Shown piece by piece: positions 36,741 through 48,500 of a DNA stretch of 64,000 nt (its first letter is position 1; every line of letters begins with the position of its first letter). The notes under the pieces were generated by a model. It was given only the letters and a program-made list of their open reading frames with translations, was not told where the DNA came from and did not search any database. The stretch is from Azolla caroliniana (taxonomy: Eukaryota > Plantae > Polypodiophyta), in the NCBI GenBank assembly GCA_043228905.1, contig JBHGNT010000014.1, positions 6,944,001-7,008,000 of the forward strand, written 5' to 3'. The position numbers and the translations under genes are program-made.

Positions 36741-37528
36741 TGTCGTGCCTTTCGGCTCCGGATCGTTGCGTGAGTCGGGTGGGAACCACCGAGGTTTTGG
36801 ACTAGGAGAAAGAAGAATATGAGATGAGGCTAGTAATGAATAGATTATTAGAAAGAGAGATAGAAATTTCGTGAATCCCACGAGTGTATTGTATTCGATT
36901 AATCAATATTTAGATAAGAATATGTATTTAGATTGAAAGAAAGATATAAGAAACTTGTGAATCCCACAAGTATAGATTATATTATTTTCGTGAATCCCAC
37001 GATTATATTAATCGGTTGGTGTTTTCGGAAATATATCCAATTTCCAAATATTTCACACACCTATTACATTGTGCTCCCCATCCTTATGTAGTGATGGGAG
37101 AGACTAAGCATAGCTACATGCTTTTTTTTAATATGTTCATGCACACTAAATGTGCATGTGATGCTTTTCTAATCCTTGCTTTTATTTGCTAAATATAGTG
37201 CTCATGCACGCTAGATGTGCATGAGTCACTTTTTAGTTGCTTGCGTTTTTCTATAAAATATTCACGCACTCTAAAAATGCATGATTTACCTTTTTAATAA
37301 AGGTAGGCGCAAATAAAGCACTTATAGTTATTAAATCTATTTATAGAACACTAAAGATAAGGTAGCATAATGGTAAAGTTGAGGTTTGGCTACGTGGAGG
37401 TACAGGGTTCGAATCTTGCCCTATGCACGTGATAAATATCTTGATATATTATTTTATTTATTTATATGTAATTAAATCGTTTATATTATTTTTACTTTTT
37501 CACGTAGTGTACGAAATACACTATGACA
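36741..37528 (-). mobile_element. Solo LTR-like insertion, family S (788 bp), 4-bp TSD ACGC
   Basis: TGTCGTG...CTATGACA flanked by ACGC (36737-36740 and 37529-37532); removing it restores the host RT frame. Confidence 0.88.
37357..37424 (+). other. tRNA-like module inside the family S LTR
   Basis: TAGCATAATGGTAAAG at 37363-37378 and GGTTCGAATC at 37406-37415, at canonical tRNA spacing. Confidence 0.65.
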
Positions 37529-38247
37529 ACGCTGACGGCACTGTCAATTGGTACAAGGCCCAACTTGTGGCGAAGGGCTATGTGTAGATGCACGGTGTCG
37601 ATTATGAAGAGACCTTTGTCCTAATCACAAAGATAAATACCATTCGAACTATGATAGCACTCCAGCAGCCAAGGGGTGGTACCTCCACCAAATGGACGTC
37701 AAGAACGCCTTTCTCCAAGGCGAATTAAATCAGGAGGTATACATGGTACAAACACCAAGCTTCAAGTCGAGCACACTCCCGCAAGCGGTATGTCGACTCA
37801 AAAAGTCCCTCTACAGCCTCAAGCAAGCATCGAGAGCATGGCATTCAAAGGTAACTCGGTATCTTCATCAAATCGTCTTCAACATGTCCAAGTTCGACAA
37901 CTCTCTGTTCATCCAGAGCGACTCCAGAGGACACGCGGATGACTTGTTCATAGGAGGAGGGCACTTAATAGACATTGAGCAGATCAAGAAACTCCTCTCC
38001 AGCCGTTTCGAAATGAAAGATATGAAGAAGCTCCATTACTTTCTAGGAATAGAAGTAATTCGGACTTCTGATGGCATCCTACTTTCTAAAAATCACTATA
38101 TCCTCAATCTTCTCTACAAGTTTGGGATGACATAGTGTAAGCCTGTCACTACCCCTCTCGATCGTAACCTAAAGCTAGATGCCAATTCAGGCACAAGCGA
38201 GTGTGAGCCGACGCTCTATCGTCATATAGTCAAAAGCCTCATCTACC

Positions 38248-38531
38248 TGTCGAATACCTGTGTATAATGGACGTATTCACACCATCCCGTTTTGGCCATT
38301 TATGTAATTAGCATAAAGGGCAGTTGCCCTAAGTCGGTCACTATATATAGTGACCTTGTAACCTCTTTGTGAGGTTGGTTGTTGTATTGTTGCTTTATCA
38401 AATAAGAAACGCTTTTGTGTCTCTCTCTCTCTCTCTCTCTCTGTGCAACGACCTACATTCTGTCATATACAGGGAATAAACAGGAATCGAGTGCTTCAAG
38501 ATCTTCCGCACAGACGACATTGCTTCCAACA
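38248..38531 (+). repeat. 5' LTR (284 bp)
   Basis: TG...CA; one substitution versus the 3' LTR. Confidence 0.98.
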
Positions 38532-39103
38532 TCTGGTATCAGAGCCTGCACAGTAGTCGGTCCCTCAATCCGCTGTCGGCCGTCGTCTCTGCATTCGGTT
38601 TCCTGCGTCATTCGAAGAAGAGAGAAGAAGAAGAAAAACCAGGTTTGCATCTCATCGCGTTAGATCATCTTTGTTTGGAGTAAGCCAGCAGGTTGTACTC
38701 CGCTCCCCGTGATCGTAACCGCTTGAGGTGAAATCCCCTTGTGCAACTCTGACAACAACCCAAATTCGTGCTTCATCTGGCTGATCGACATTCGGGAGGA
38801 TCAGTCGGATCCGTCTCTCTCGTCGCTGCAGTCAACCGAAGCAAAATCGGTTCAGATAATCGGTTTTAATAATCGGTATTCGGCATATATATCCGAAACG
38901 AACCAGGCTCCGACTCGGCAACATTCGGGAAGACCAGTCGGTTCTGTCCCTCAAGCTACCGAAGTCAATTCGAGCAAGTTCCGAAGCCGAACCGACTCGG
39001 GTTCAAATCTGACTAGAACGATATCGGGTGAGCCAACCGGCTGCACTCCAACAAGGTTCGTAGTCAACTTCGAACCGAGCTTCGTCAACTGAAACCGAAT
39101 TTG

Positions 39104-42100
39104 ATGGCATCAACATCCGGCTCGTCAGAAATGAGTCTACGAAAGTTCGATGGATCGAACTTCAACTTCTGGAAGGAACAAATGCAGGACTATCTCATAG
39201 TCAAGGGGCAGATCGATCCCATCGAAAATGAAGAACCTCCAGAAGGATACAAACCAATTGAGTGGCAAAAGCTGGACAGAATCGTCCGCGCCACGATTCG
39301 GATGCACCTATCGGAATCAGTATACTTCACAGTGCAATCGTGTACGACAGCATTCGAACTGTGGAAAACACTGTCGGACACTTACGAAAAGAAGGTCGCC
39401 GCAACAAAGATGTTTCTGATCCGGCGCCTCTACAACTTGCGGATGAAAGAGTCCGATTCGGTTCAAGCACACCTCAATGAGTACGAAAGCATAAGCTCCC
39501 AAATCTCGTCACAGGGGACGGCAATCGAGGATGAACTCAGAGCAATGATACTCATGAGTAGCCTTCCCTCATCATGGGAAACTTTCGTCACAACCGTGTG
39601 CAACGCGTCAACCACGGCTGTTAAATACTCCGAAGTCACGAGCGCAATCCTGACCGAAGCAGCTCGGAGAAAGTCTTTCGCCAAAGACTCAACAGACGAC
39701 GCTTACGTAGTACAAGGTTCGACAGACCGATCGAACATACGAGGAAGAGATTCCTCACGACCGCCGAACAATCAGCGAAGACGGAGCCAGTCACGGGATC
39801 ACCGAATCTGCAACTACTGCAAGAAACCCGGACACATCAAAGCCGACTGCCGCGCACTCAAGAACAAGAACAACAAGAAGAGTGGCCGGCATGAGGAGAT
39901 CAATTACGTCAGCTTCTCAGCTGATGTACTACCGGACGACCCGAATATACTATCAATCGAAAATCCAGTCGGATCAGAAGTTCTCCTCACGACTGAAGAA
40001 TCGAGCACATGGCTCTTAGATTCGGGCGCGTCATTTCACGTGACTCCTCATCGATCCCAATTTCGGCAATATACGATCCGTCACTCCGACTCAGTTCGGG
40101 TCGGCAACTCACAACACTGTGACATCATCGGAATCGGCACAGTAGAGCTCAACCTTGCCGGTGGCTCTACACTTGTACTCCACAATGTCCGACATGTACC
40201 CGAGCTCTCAAGGCCATTGATCTCAGTCGGACAACTAGATGAAGACGGCATTCGTGCCGGTTTTTCTTCGGGAGGGTGGACACTCCACAGGGGGAACCTC
40301 CTGCTTGCTAGAGGACCTAAGATACACTCCTTGTATCCGTTACATGTTACACTCAGAGAGGGTAACCTGTTTTTGGTGGATATTCCTGTGTCATCACTAT
40401 GGCACCGAAGATTAGGACACCTCAGCAAGGCCGGCATCACGCACCTATCCAGAGCCGGATACATCCCCAAACTCTCCTTCTCGGACCATCAATTCTGCGA
40501 GCATTGCCAGTATGGCAAACAAGCAGCCGCATCACACCCGACATCCGCACCAAGAGAAACGAGACCTCTCGATCTAGTCCATTCGGACGTCTGTGGCCCA
40601 ATGCCGCATCAGTCTCTAGGCGGTGCCTCTTACTTCGTCACTTTTATTGACGACTCGACTCGAAAGGTGTGGGCTTATCCAATTCGCACTAAAGATCGTG
40701 TCTTCTCGATCTTCACCGACTGGTTCGCTATGGTAGAAAATCAAACCGACCGAAAGCTGAAATGCCTTCGGACCGATAATGGGGGAGAGTTCAAATCCAA
40801 CGAATTCGTCAAATTCTGCCGACAACGCGGCATCCGACATGAATTTACGGCACCACACAGTCCGGAGCAAAACGGGATTGCAGAACGAATGAATCGGACA
40901 ATCCAAGAAAGGATAGTTTCCATGCTCCAACACTCCGGACTGTCGGATGGCTTCTGGGCAGAGGCTCTACTCACGGCAGTACACATAATCAATATGTCGC
41001 CAAGTAGACCTCTAGGACTTCAAATTCCTCAGGAACTATGGATCGGCAGCAAGCCGAATTACGACAAGCTGAGGATCTTCGGATGCGAGGCGTACGCCCT
41101 TATTCCGAAAGATGATCGCCGAAAACTTGCACCTCGGTCCAGGAAATGCATTTTCCTTGGATATGGATCAGACGGCGAAATGGGATACCGACTCTGGGAC
41201 CCCGAACGCAGACAAATCGTTCGAAGTTCGGACGTTGTGTTCAACGAGTCGGCTATGAATCCATCAGTCGAAAAACCGATCGAAGTCCGAAGGGTAACAT
41301 TCTCCGATGTGCCGACCCTTCAAGAAGGCCCCGCTCTTAACACACGGTCAGCTTCACGGGTAGCTGAACCTTATCCTACCGACTCGGACAACTCTGACTC
41401 GGCACAGCCGAATGATTCGGTTTCGGACCATCCGACCTCGATACCCGATGCGACCAGTCCAATCATACCTCGACGATCCGAGAGACTGTCGCAACCTCCG
41501 GAGAGGTATTCTCCTGGAATTTTCTTCACCGACGCCGGCGAACCGACGTCTTACGAAGAAGCATCGACATCTGTCGATTCGGCCACCTGGCATCTGGCGA
41601 TGGAGTCGGAAATGCACTCCATCCGTGCAAACAAGACTTGGGATCTGGTCGAATTACCTAGGAACCGACGTGCTCTTCCTTGCAAGTGGGTTTATCGACT
41701 AAAAGAGACGTCTGATTCGACCACCCCAAAGTACAAGGCCAGATTAGTTGCGAAGGGCTTCCGACAAGAATATGGCGTCGACTTCGACGAGATTTTTTCA
41801 CCAGTGGTGAAAATGACAACCCTTCGTTTTCTGCTCGGCGTCGTGGCAGCCGACAACTTGGAGCTGATTCAGCTAGATGTCAAAACAGCCTTCCTCCATG
41901 GTGATCTCGAGGAGGAAATTTATATGGAGCAGCCAAAAGGCTTCGTGGCAACTGGCCAAGAACATCTAGTCTGCCGACTCAGGAAGAGTCTATACGGCCT
42001 CAAACAGGCACCGCGACAATGGTACAAGAAGTTCGACGACTTCATCCAATCGATCGGCTTCTCCAAAAGCGATGAGGACCATTGTCTCTTCACCAATACA

Positions 42101-43117
42101 GCTCAAGATGGATCACCCATCTTCCTCATCATTTACGTGGACGACATGCTAATTTCTGGCCGCCACGCGGGCGAACTTGCCGATCTCGTTCGGCAACTGC
42201 GGTTGAAGTTTTCCATGAAGGACCTCGGTCCGGCACGACACATCCTTGGCATGAAGATTAGTCGGCATCGCGATAAACGACATCTTTTTTTGTCTCAGAC
42301 CGACTATATCGGACGTGTCTTGGAACGCTTCAACATGCAATCAGCCAAATCTGCTTCAACCCCACTCCCTATGAATCTTCGGCTCTCTCAGCGAGACTGC
42401 CCGACATCCGGTTCGGAGGGGGAAGATATGAAGTCAGTACCGTATGCACCGGCAGTCGGCTCCCTTATGTACCTGATGGTCGCGACACGGCCTGACATCT
42501 CTCATGCCGTAGGAGTCGTTAGCAGATTTATGCACAATCCTGGCCGATCGCATTGGAACGCAGTCAAGCATGTGTTCAGATATCTGGCTGGCACAAAAGA
42601 TCACGGCATTCTTTTCGGTCCGAACCGAACCTCAGGCGTAGTCGGTTACACCGACTCGGACTTCGCCGGCTGTATAGACAGTCGGAAATCAACAACCGGA
42701 TACTGCTTCAAATTCGGCAATGGAGCAATCTCGTGGAAGTCGAAACTTCAGGAGTGCACAGCGACCTCAACGACCGAAGCAGAATATGTAGCTGCGTCCG
42801 ACGCAGCAAAAGAAGCTTTGTGGCTCGGTCGGCTGGCGCACACGTTTCGACAAGTCGAACATGACTCGGCTCCAGTTGTCTACAGCGACAGTCAAGGTGC
42901 TGTTGCCTTGTCGAAAAATCCGGTTCACCACAACGCCTCCAAACATATCGATGTTCGATATCACTTCGTTCGGGACTGCGTCATTTCAGGGAAAATCGGT
43001 CTAGAGAAAATATCCACAACCGACAATGTCGCAGATGGAATGACCAAGTGTCTTTCGGCAGACCGTTTTCGGTCTCTTCGGCATCAGATGGGCGTAACGA
43101 CAAACCAGTCCGGTTAG
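39104..43117 (+). CDS. Copia Gag-Pol polyprotein (1337 aa from the ATG)
   Basis: CNYCKKPGHIKADC; WLLDSGAS; HHCC; DDE core (VHSDV, TDNGGEF, AER); IYVDDM; RNase H DSD...ADGMTK. Confidence 0.98.
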   Translation: MASTSGSSEMSLRKFDGSNFNFWKEQMQDYLIVKGQIDPIENEEPPEGYKPIEWQKLDRIVRATIRMHLSESVYFTVQSCTTAFELWKTLSDTYEKKVAATKMFLIRRLYNLRMKESDSVQAHLNEYESISSQISSQGTAIEDELRAMILMSSLPSSWETFVTTVCNASTTAVKYSEVTSAILTEAARRKSFAKDSTDDAYVVQGSTDRSNIRGRDSSRPPNNQRRRSQSRDHRICNYCKKPGHIKADCRALKNKNNKKSGRHEEINYVSFSADVLPDDPNILSIENPVGSEVLLTTEESSTWLLDSGASFHVTPHRSQFRQYTIRHSDSVRVGNSQHCDIIGIGTVELNLAGGSTLVLHNVRHVPELSRPLISVGQLDEDGIRAGFSSGGWTLHRGNLLLARGPKIHSLYPLHVTLREGNLFLVDIPVSSLWHRRLGHLSKAGITHLSRAGYIPKLSFSDHQFCEHCQYGKQAAASHPTSAPRETRPLDLVHSDVCGPMPHQSLGGASYFVTFIDDSTRKVWAYPIRTKDRVFSIFTDWFAMVENQTDRKLKCLRTDNGGEFKSNEFVKFCRQRGIRHEFTAPHSPEQNGIAERMNRTIQERIVSMLQHSGLSDGFWAEALLTAVHIINMSPSRPLGLQIPQELWIGSKPNYDKLRIFGCEAYALIPKDDRRKLAPRSRKCIFLGYGSDGEMGYRLWDPERRQIVRSSDVVFNESAMNPSVEKPIEVRRVTFSDVPTLQEGPALNTRSASRVAEPYPTDSDNSDSAQPNDSVSDHPTSIPDATSPIIPRRSERLSQPPERYSPGIFFTDAGEPTSYEEASTSVDSATWHLAMESEMHSIRANKTWDLVELPRNRRALPCKWVYRLKETSDSTTPKYKARLVAKGFRQEYGVDFDEIFSPVVKMTTLRFLLGVVAADNLELIQLDVKTAFLHGDLEEEIYMEQPKGFVATGQEHLVCRLRKSLYGLKQAPRQWYKKFDDFIQSIGFSKSDEDHCLFTNTAQDGSPIFLIIYVDDMLISGRHAGELADLVRQLRLKFSMKDLGPARHILGMKISRHRDKRHLFLSQTDYIGRVLERFNMQSAKSASTPLPMNLRLSQRDCPTSGSEGEDMKSVPYAPAVGSLMYLMVATRPDISHAVGVVSRFMHNPGRSHWNAVKHVFRYLAGTKDHGILFGPNRTSGVVGYTDSDFAGCIDSRKSTTGYCFKFGNGAISWKSKLQECTATSTTEAEYVAASDAAKEALWLGRLAHTFRQVEHDSAPVVYSDSQGAVALSKNPVHHNASKHIDVRYHFVRDCVISGKIGLEKISTTDNVADGMTKCLSADRFRSLRHQMGVTTNQSG

Positions 43118-43310
43118 AGCCGGACACAGAGCAGGATGGTTCCCGACAACCGACATCAGTTCCTTAATGATCGGCTTCAACTGTTCCGACCCGACCAGTT
43201 CGGTCTTCTGCCTTCGGACCCTGCCGACTCGAACAAAGCTGATATGTCCGAGAACCTAAGTCTATACCTGTAACCTTAGATAACCCATGTATACGCCCAT
43301 TACGGGGGAG

Positions 43311-43594
43311 TGTCGAATACCTGTGTATAATGGACGTATTCACACCATCCCGTTTTGGCCATTTATGTAATTAGCATAAAGGGCAGTTGCCCTAAGTCGG
43401 TCACTATATATAGTGACCTTGTAACCTCTTTGTGAGGTTGGTTGTTGTATTGTTGCTTTATCAAATAAGAAACGCTTTTGTGTCTCTCTCTCTCTCTCTC
43501 TCTCTGTGCAACGACCTACATTCTGTCATACACAGGGAATAAACAGGAATCGAGTGCTTCAAGATCTTCCGCACAGACGACATTGCTTCCAACA
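43311..43594 (+). repeat. 3' LTR (284 bp)
   Basis: Matches 38248-38531. Confidence 0.98.
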
Positions 43595-44537
43595 CTACCT
43601 CACCATAAACTTACCCGACTTGAGTTACCTCATCGGTCTCCTTATCCAGTTCATGTAAAATCTACAAGACATCCATCTTGACCATGCTAAGCGAGTGCTA
43701 AGGTATGTGAGTGGAAGCATGGATTTCGGCATTTTCTACAAGTCGACCACACCGATATGACTCGAAGGGTACACAATTGCCAACTCGGTCGGCTACAAAG
43801 CCGATAGACAATCAAACCCAAGGTTTTTCTTCTCCATCATCAGTGGAGCCATATCCTCAAGCAATAAGAAGCAGTCGATAGTCACACTGTCAAGCATAGA
43901 AGCCAAATACAAGGGCGCAACGACGGTCGCCGCATGTGAAGACATTTGGCTTAAAAGAATCTTGAAGGATCTGGGCATTCCCATCATGGATTCTCCTCTA
44001 TTGCGACAATATGAGCAGTATTCACCTAGCTCAGAACCTAGTTTTCCACCCTCGAACCAAGCACATCGAAGTACACTATCATTTCATCCAGGAGCGTGTT
44101 CTAGTCGGCGATGTCAACCTACAATACATCAACACAAATTTGCAGACCATCGACATCTTCACCAAGGCCCTGGGCATTGACAAGCTACGGCAATTCACGA
44201 TGAATCTAGGTCTCTCGACCATCAAACAACTGAGCTTGAGGGGGAGTAAGGAGCGGCTAGAGTGAACCAGCCATCCATGCGCACCATAGGACACTCAAGT
44301 GTGTGAATACCCTCCTCCTTGTATAGTACCTAGTGTGTCATAGATGTTATTATCCTATGACACATATTCTTTAAGTAGTTAAGGCTCGACCTCTTTCCCA
44401 AGGGGTCAACTCAGTGAGAGAACTTAGAGAGAAGGTGACTACATAAGCACCTTCTCCTTCTCTTTGTAACGGTTTTTGTTGTTGGCTCATTCTTGCTAGT
44501 GTTAATACAGTTTTCTATTTTCCTGTATTTTTTTGTG

Positions 44538-44618
<81 letters not shown>

Positions 44619-44922
44619 CTCTTCCGCTGCATAGAATCATCACCGATTCTTTACGGGATCTTAGTTGGAACTTGAAAAGACTCTTAGCCATAAGCCGGCT
44701 TTCAGCCCTTAGCCAGCCCCAAGAGGAGGGAGAAAACAACAAAATCCCCCCTCACTCCTACGTCGGGTATCAACCAAGAAAGCTCTTACACAAACAAACA
44801 ACAAGCATTTCCATAGATATGGCCTTTCTCAATATATCAGACCCATTTTCATCTGTATGGATCTTCACTAGAGCAAAATCATCGTCATCCTCTCTCTCTC
44901 GTAACCAATGATACCTTCTCTA

Positions 44923-45207
44923 TGTTGGGATTACGGTCCCTTCGGATGGGATGGTCGGATCCGGTTGTCGGTTTCGGATCTGGATGACGAAGACCCCGGT
45001 TTCGGTACCGGATGACGAATGTACCCGGAGAGCGATCCGGATGCAGGGACATATCCGTGAATATGTTCGCTATGGGCCCCTGAGGCTACAGTTGTAAATA
45101 GCCCAAAGTCATATGAGTATAAATATGACTTAGGGCAAACTGTTTTGTTGTTGCTTCTCATTTTTTCTGTTTTTTCCACTTTAGAGGAGTGAAGAGAGAG
45201 CAGCCGT

Positions 45208-45239
<32 letters not shown>

Positions 45240-45521
45240 AAGAGGTAGACGCCTCTGTGTATTTCCGCCGCCTGTGGCGAGGACAGCGAGCTCAAGGTCG
45301 TCGCCTTGGAGCTCGTCATTGTATACTTCTCTGTATAGTGTTGTTTGGAGTCTTGTACTCCCGTGGTTTTTCCCCGTTTAGGGTTTTCCACGTTAATCCT
45401 TGTGTACTCGCGTTTCTTCGTCTTGTTTCTACGTGTGTTTCCTATTTTCTGCTCCATTGATCCGCGATTAATCGGTTGTGGCCGAGATAAGAAAGGAGGA
45501 TAGAAGGGTCTATTCCTTACA
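44923..45521 (+). repeat. 5' LTR (599 bp)
   Basis: TG...CA; two substitutions versus the 3' LTR. Confidence 0.98.
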
Positions 45522-45550
45522 AACTGGTATCAGAGCGACTGTTGCAGAAA

Positions 45551-48500
45551 ATGGAAGGCGGCGGCAGCGGGCAGCCGATGATGATGGTGCTGAATGCACA
45601 GAATTACGCCGACTGGAAGATCAAGATGGAGGATCTTCTGATTGTTCGGGACCTGTACGAACCGATTGACAGGTCGGAAATACCGAAGGGGGTACTTGAG
45701 TCGGAGTGGAAGCTCCTGAACCGGAAAGCCGTAGCGACGATCCGACAATATGTCGACGTAAGCGTCCTGCAACATGTGGCGAACGACACCAACGCATACG
45801 AGATGTGGAAGAAGCTGTCTGGCCTCTATGAGAGGAAGAATGCGTTGAACCGGACCTCCCTGATGAGGAAGATTGTGAATCTCAAGTATCGGGACGGCGA
45901 GAGTATGGTGGAACACGTAAGCACGTTCATGGGATTCGTGAACCAGCTTGCGGCGATCAAGTTCCCGTTGGAGGATGCAATGCAAGCCATCATCCTGATG
46001 TGTACATTGCCGGAAAGCTGGGAGAACTTGGTGGTGACTCTCAGCACCTCGTGCACCGAAGATAACTTGTCCTTACAAACTGTAAAGACAAGTATTCTGA
46101 ATGAAGAAGCGCGTCGGAGAGATAAGGAACCGGCCTCCGACCCGAAGATGCTGTTTACCGAATCGGATCGGGGAAGACAATGGAACCGGAGTCCGCAAAG
46201 ACGGGAGAAGTCGGGGACCCGGTCGCAGTCAAGAGGAAGGCCCACATGCTTCCACTGTGGGAAGCCGGGGCACTTCCGAAAGAATTGTCGGCATTACCGA
46301 AAAGACAACGGAGCCGACGACACCGACTCGAAGAAGTCACCGGAGAGAAACGGTGCATACCGGGGAGCCACGGACCGGAGAGGTTCGGATCGGCGAGGGC
46401 AAGACCGGAAAGGAACGATGGCACTCGCGGCAAGTGAAGAAGAAATCATGCTCATCACCGAAGAAGGTGAGCTAAACATTGCCGGCGATGAGACGACCTG
46501 GGTGGTCGATTCCGGAGCATCGTTCCACCTGACCCCGGAGAGAAGATACTTCTCATCCTACACAGCCGGGGAGCATGGCTGCGTTCGGATGGGAAACGAA
46601 GGTACGTGCCGGATTGCCGGCATAGGAGACGTGTGGTTGACAACCCCGACCGGATGCAAAATGCTGCTGAAGAATGTCCGACACGTTCCGGAGGTCCGAC
46701 TGAACCTGATTTCGGCCGGGAGGCTAGATGATGAAGGCTACACGGGTAGCATCCGGAACGGTGTCATGAAGTTCAGCAAGGGGAGCTTGATAGTGGCTCG
46801 GGCCCGGAAGGTCAACACACTGTACCTGATGAATGCCTGGTTGTGTCCGGAAGAGCTGAACGTGGCAGCCGACACTGCCGGTGAGCTGTGGCACAAAAGA
46901 CTGTGCCACATGAGTGAGAAGGGGATGAAGAGGCTTGCAGAAGACAACCTTATCCCAGTGAAGCATGTGCACCTGGAGAAGTGCACCGATTGCCTGGCCG
47001 GTAAGCAGAACCGAACTTCCTTCCACTCAAGGCCACCGACGAGACGCAGTGCACCATTGGAGTTGGTGCACACGGACGTGTGTCAAGTAGAAACGAAGTC
47101 ACATGGCGGAGCCCAGTACTTCGTAACATTCATCGATGATCATAGCCGAAAACTGTGGACGGCACCGATGAAGACAAAGGACCAAGTGTTGTGCGTCTTC
47201 AAAGAACTCCACGCGAGAGTGGAAAGAGAATCCGGCAAGAAGCTGAAAGCAATACGAGCGGATAACGGAGGGGAATACCGGGGGCAGTTCCAGGAGTACT
47301 GTCGCTCGAAGGGAATCCGACTCGAATTTACTGTGCCGAAGACGCCGGAACTGAACGGGCTGGCCGAGAGGATGAACCGGACCATAATGGAGAGGGTCCG
47401 GAGTATGCTGGCACATGCGAAATTACCCAAGGGATTTTGGGCTGAGGCAATGTCGACGGCGACATATGTGATAAACAGATCACCCTCAGTACCTTTGGAC
47501 GGAGACACGCCGCAGAGAGTGTGGACCGGTAGGGAAGTATCCTACCGGCATCTGAAGGTGTTCGGGTGTCTCGCATACGTACACGTGGCGAAGGACCGGA
47601 GAGGAAAGCTAGATCCGAAGACCCGGCCATGCATATTCCTCGGTTACGGCGACGACGAGTTCGGCTACCGAGTATGGGACCCGGTCGACAAGAAGATATT
47701 CAGGAGTCGAGATATCGTCTTTATGGAGGACAAGACACTCACCGACTGGGAGTCGGAGAAGAAGATGAAGAGCTCCAAGTCGACTGGTGAGGATAAACTC
47801 TACGAGGAGCAGTCCCGACTGGCAAGGGACCGGTTAGCACTCGAGGATCCGGCCGAAGACGGTGAAGAAAGAGAACCGGCCGAGGAAGATGAAAATGATA
47901 CCGGAACCGTTCCCGATCCCGAAATGGATTCGGATGAAGAAGAAGAATCGGGAGAACCGGTTACCGAAGCTCCGGAACGGAGATATCCTCTAAGAGAGAG
48001 AAGGGCCCCCCGGAGATTTCCGGAACCAGAGCACGTGCTACTAACCGACGAGGGGGAGCCGGAGAGCTTTGAAGAAGCAAAGCATGACACCCAGAGCCGC
48101 AAGTGGTTGAGTGCCATGCAGGACGAGATGGATTCCCTGCATGAGAACCACACATATGAACTTGTGGAGTTGCCGAAAGGAAAGCGGGCACTTCGAAACA
48201 AGTGGGTGTTCAAGCTGAAACCGGGAGATGCCGGAAACCCCCCGAGATACAAAGCCAGGATCGTGGTGAAGGGGTTTCAGCAGAAGAAGGGCGTCGACTT
48301 CGACGAGATATTTGCCCCGGTAGTGAAGATGACCTCTATCCGGACGGTGCTGAGCATAGCGGCAAGCATGGACCTCGAGGTAGAACAGATGGACGTGAAG
48401 ACGGCATTCCTTCACGGTGACCTCGATGAAGAGATCTACATGCAGCAACCGGAAGGATTCGAGAAGAAAGGGAAGGAGCACCTGGTATGCCGGTTGAAGA

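Larger units (their letters stand above)
38248..43594 (+). mobile_element. Intact Ty1/copia (Tnt1/Tork-like) element, 5347 bp
   Basis: TSD CTACC (38243-38247 / 43595-43599); 284-bp LTRs; PBS TGGTATCAGAGCC 38534-38546; PPT GGGGGAG 43304-43310; uninterrupted gag-pol. Confidence 0.99.
36251..44655 (+). mobile_element. Decayed copia (family D-like) acting as host: integrase C-terminus, RT, RNase H, 3' LTR remnant; split by 36741-37528 and 38248-43594
   Basis: YNDYMAYHYAFM; KVKDNA|DGTVNWYKAQLVAKGY across the first insertion; SLIYL|TIN across the second; RNase H ORF 44011-44265; LTR end gattctttac at ~44655 with (CT)n(CA)n at 44540-44615. Confidence 0.88.

Noticed and set aside
6630-37424. Functional tRNA genes at the three A/B-box sites
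   Set aside because: Anticodon arms do not fold and acceptor stems are incomplete; reported as tRNA-like modules instead.
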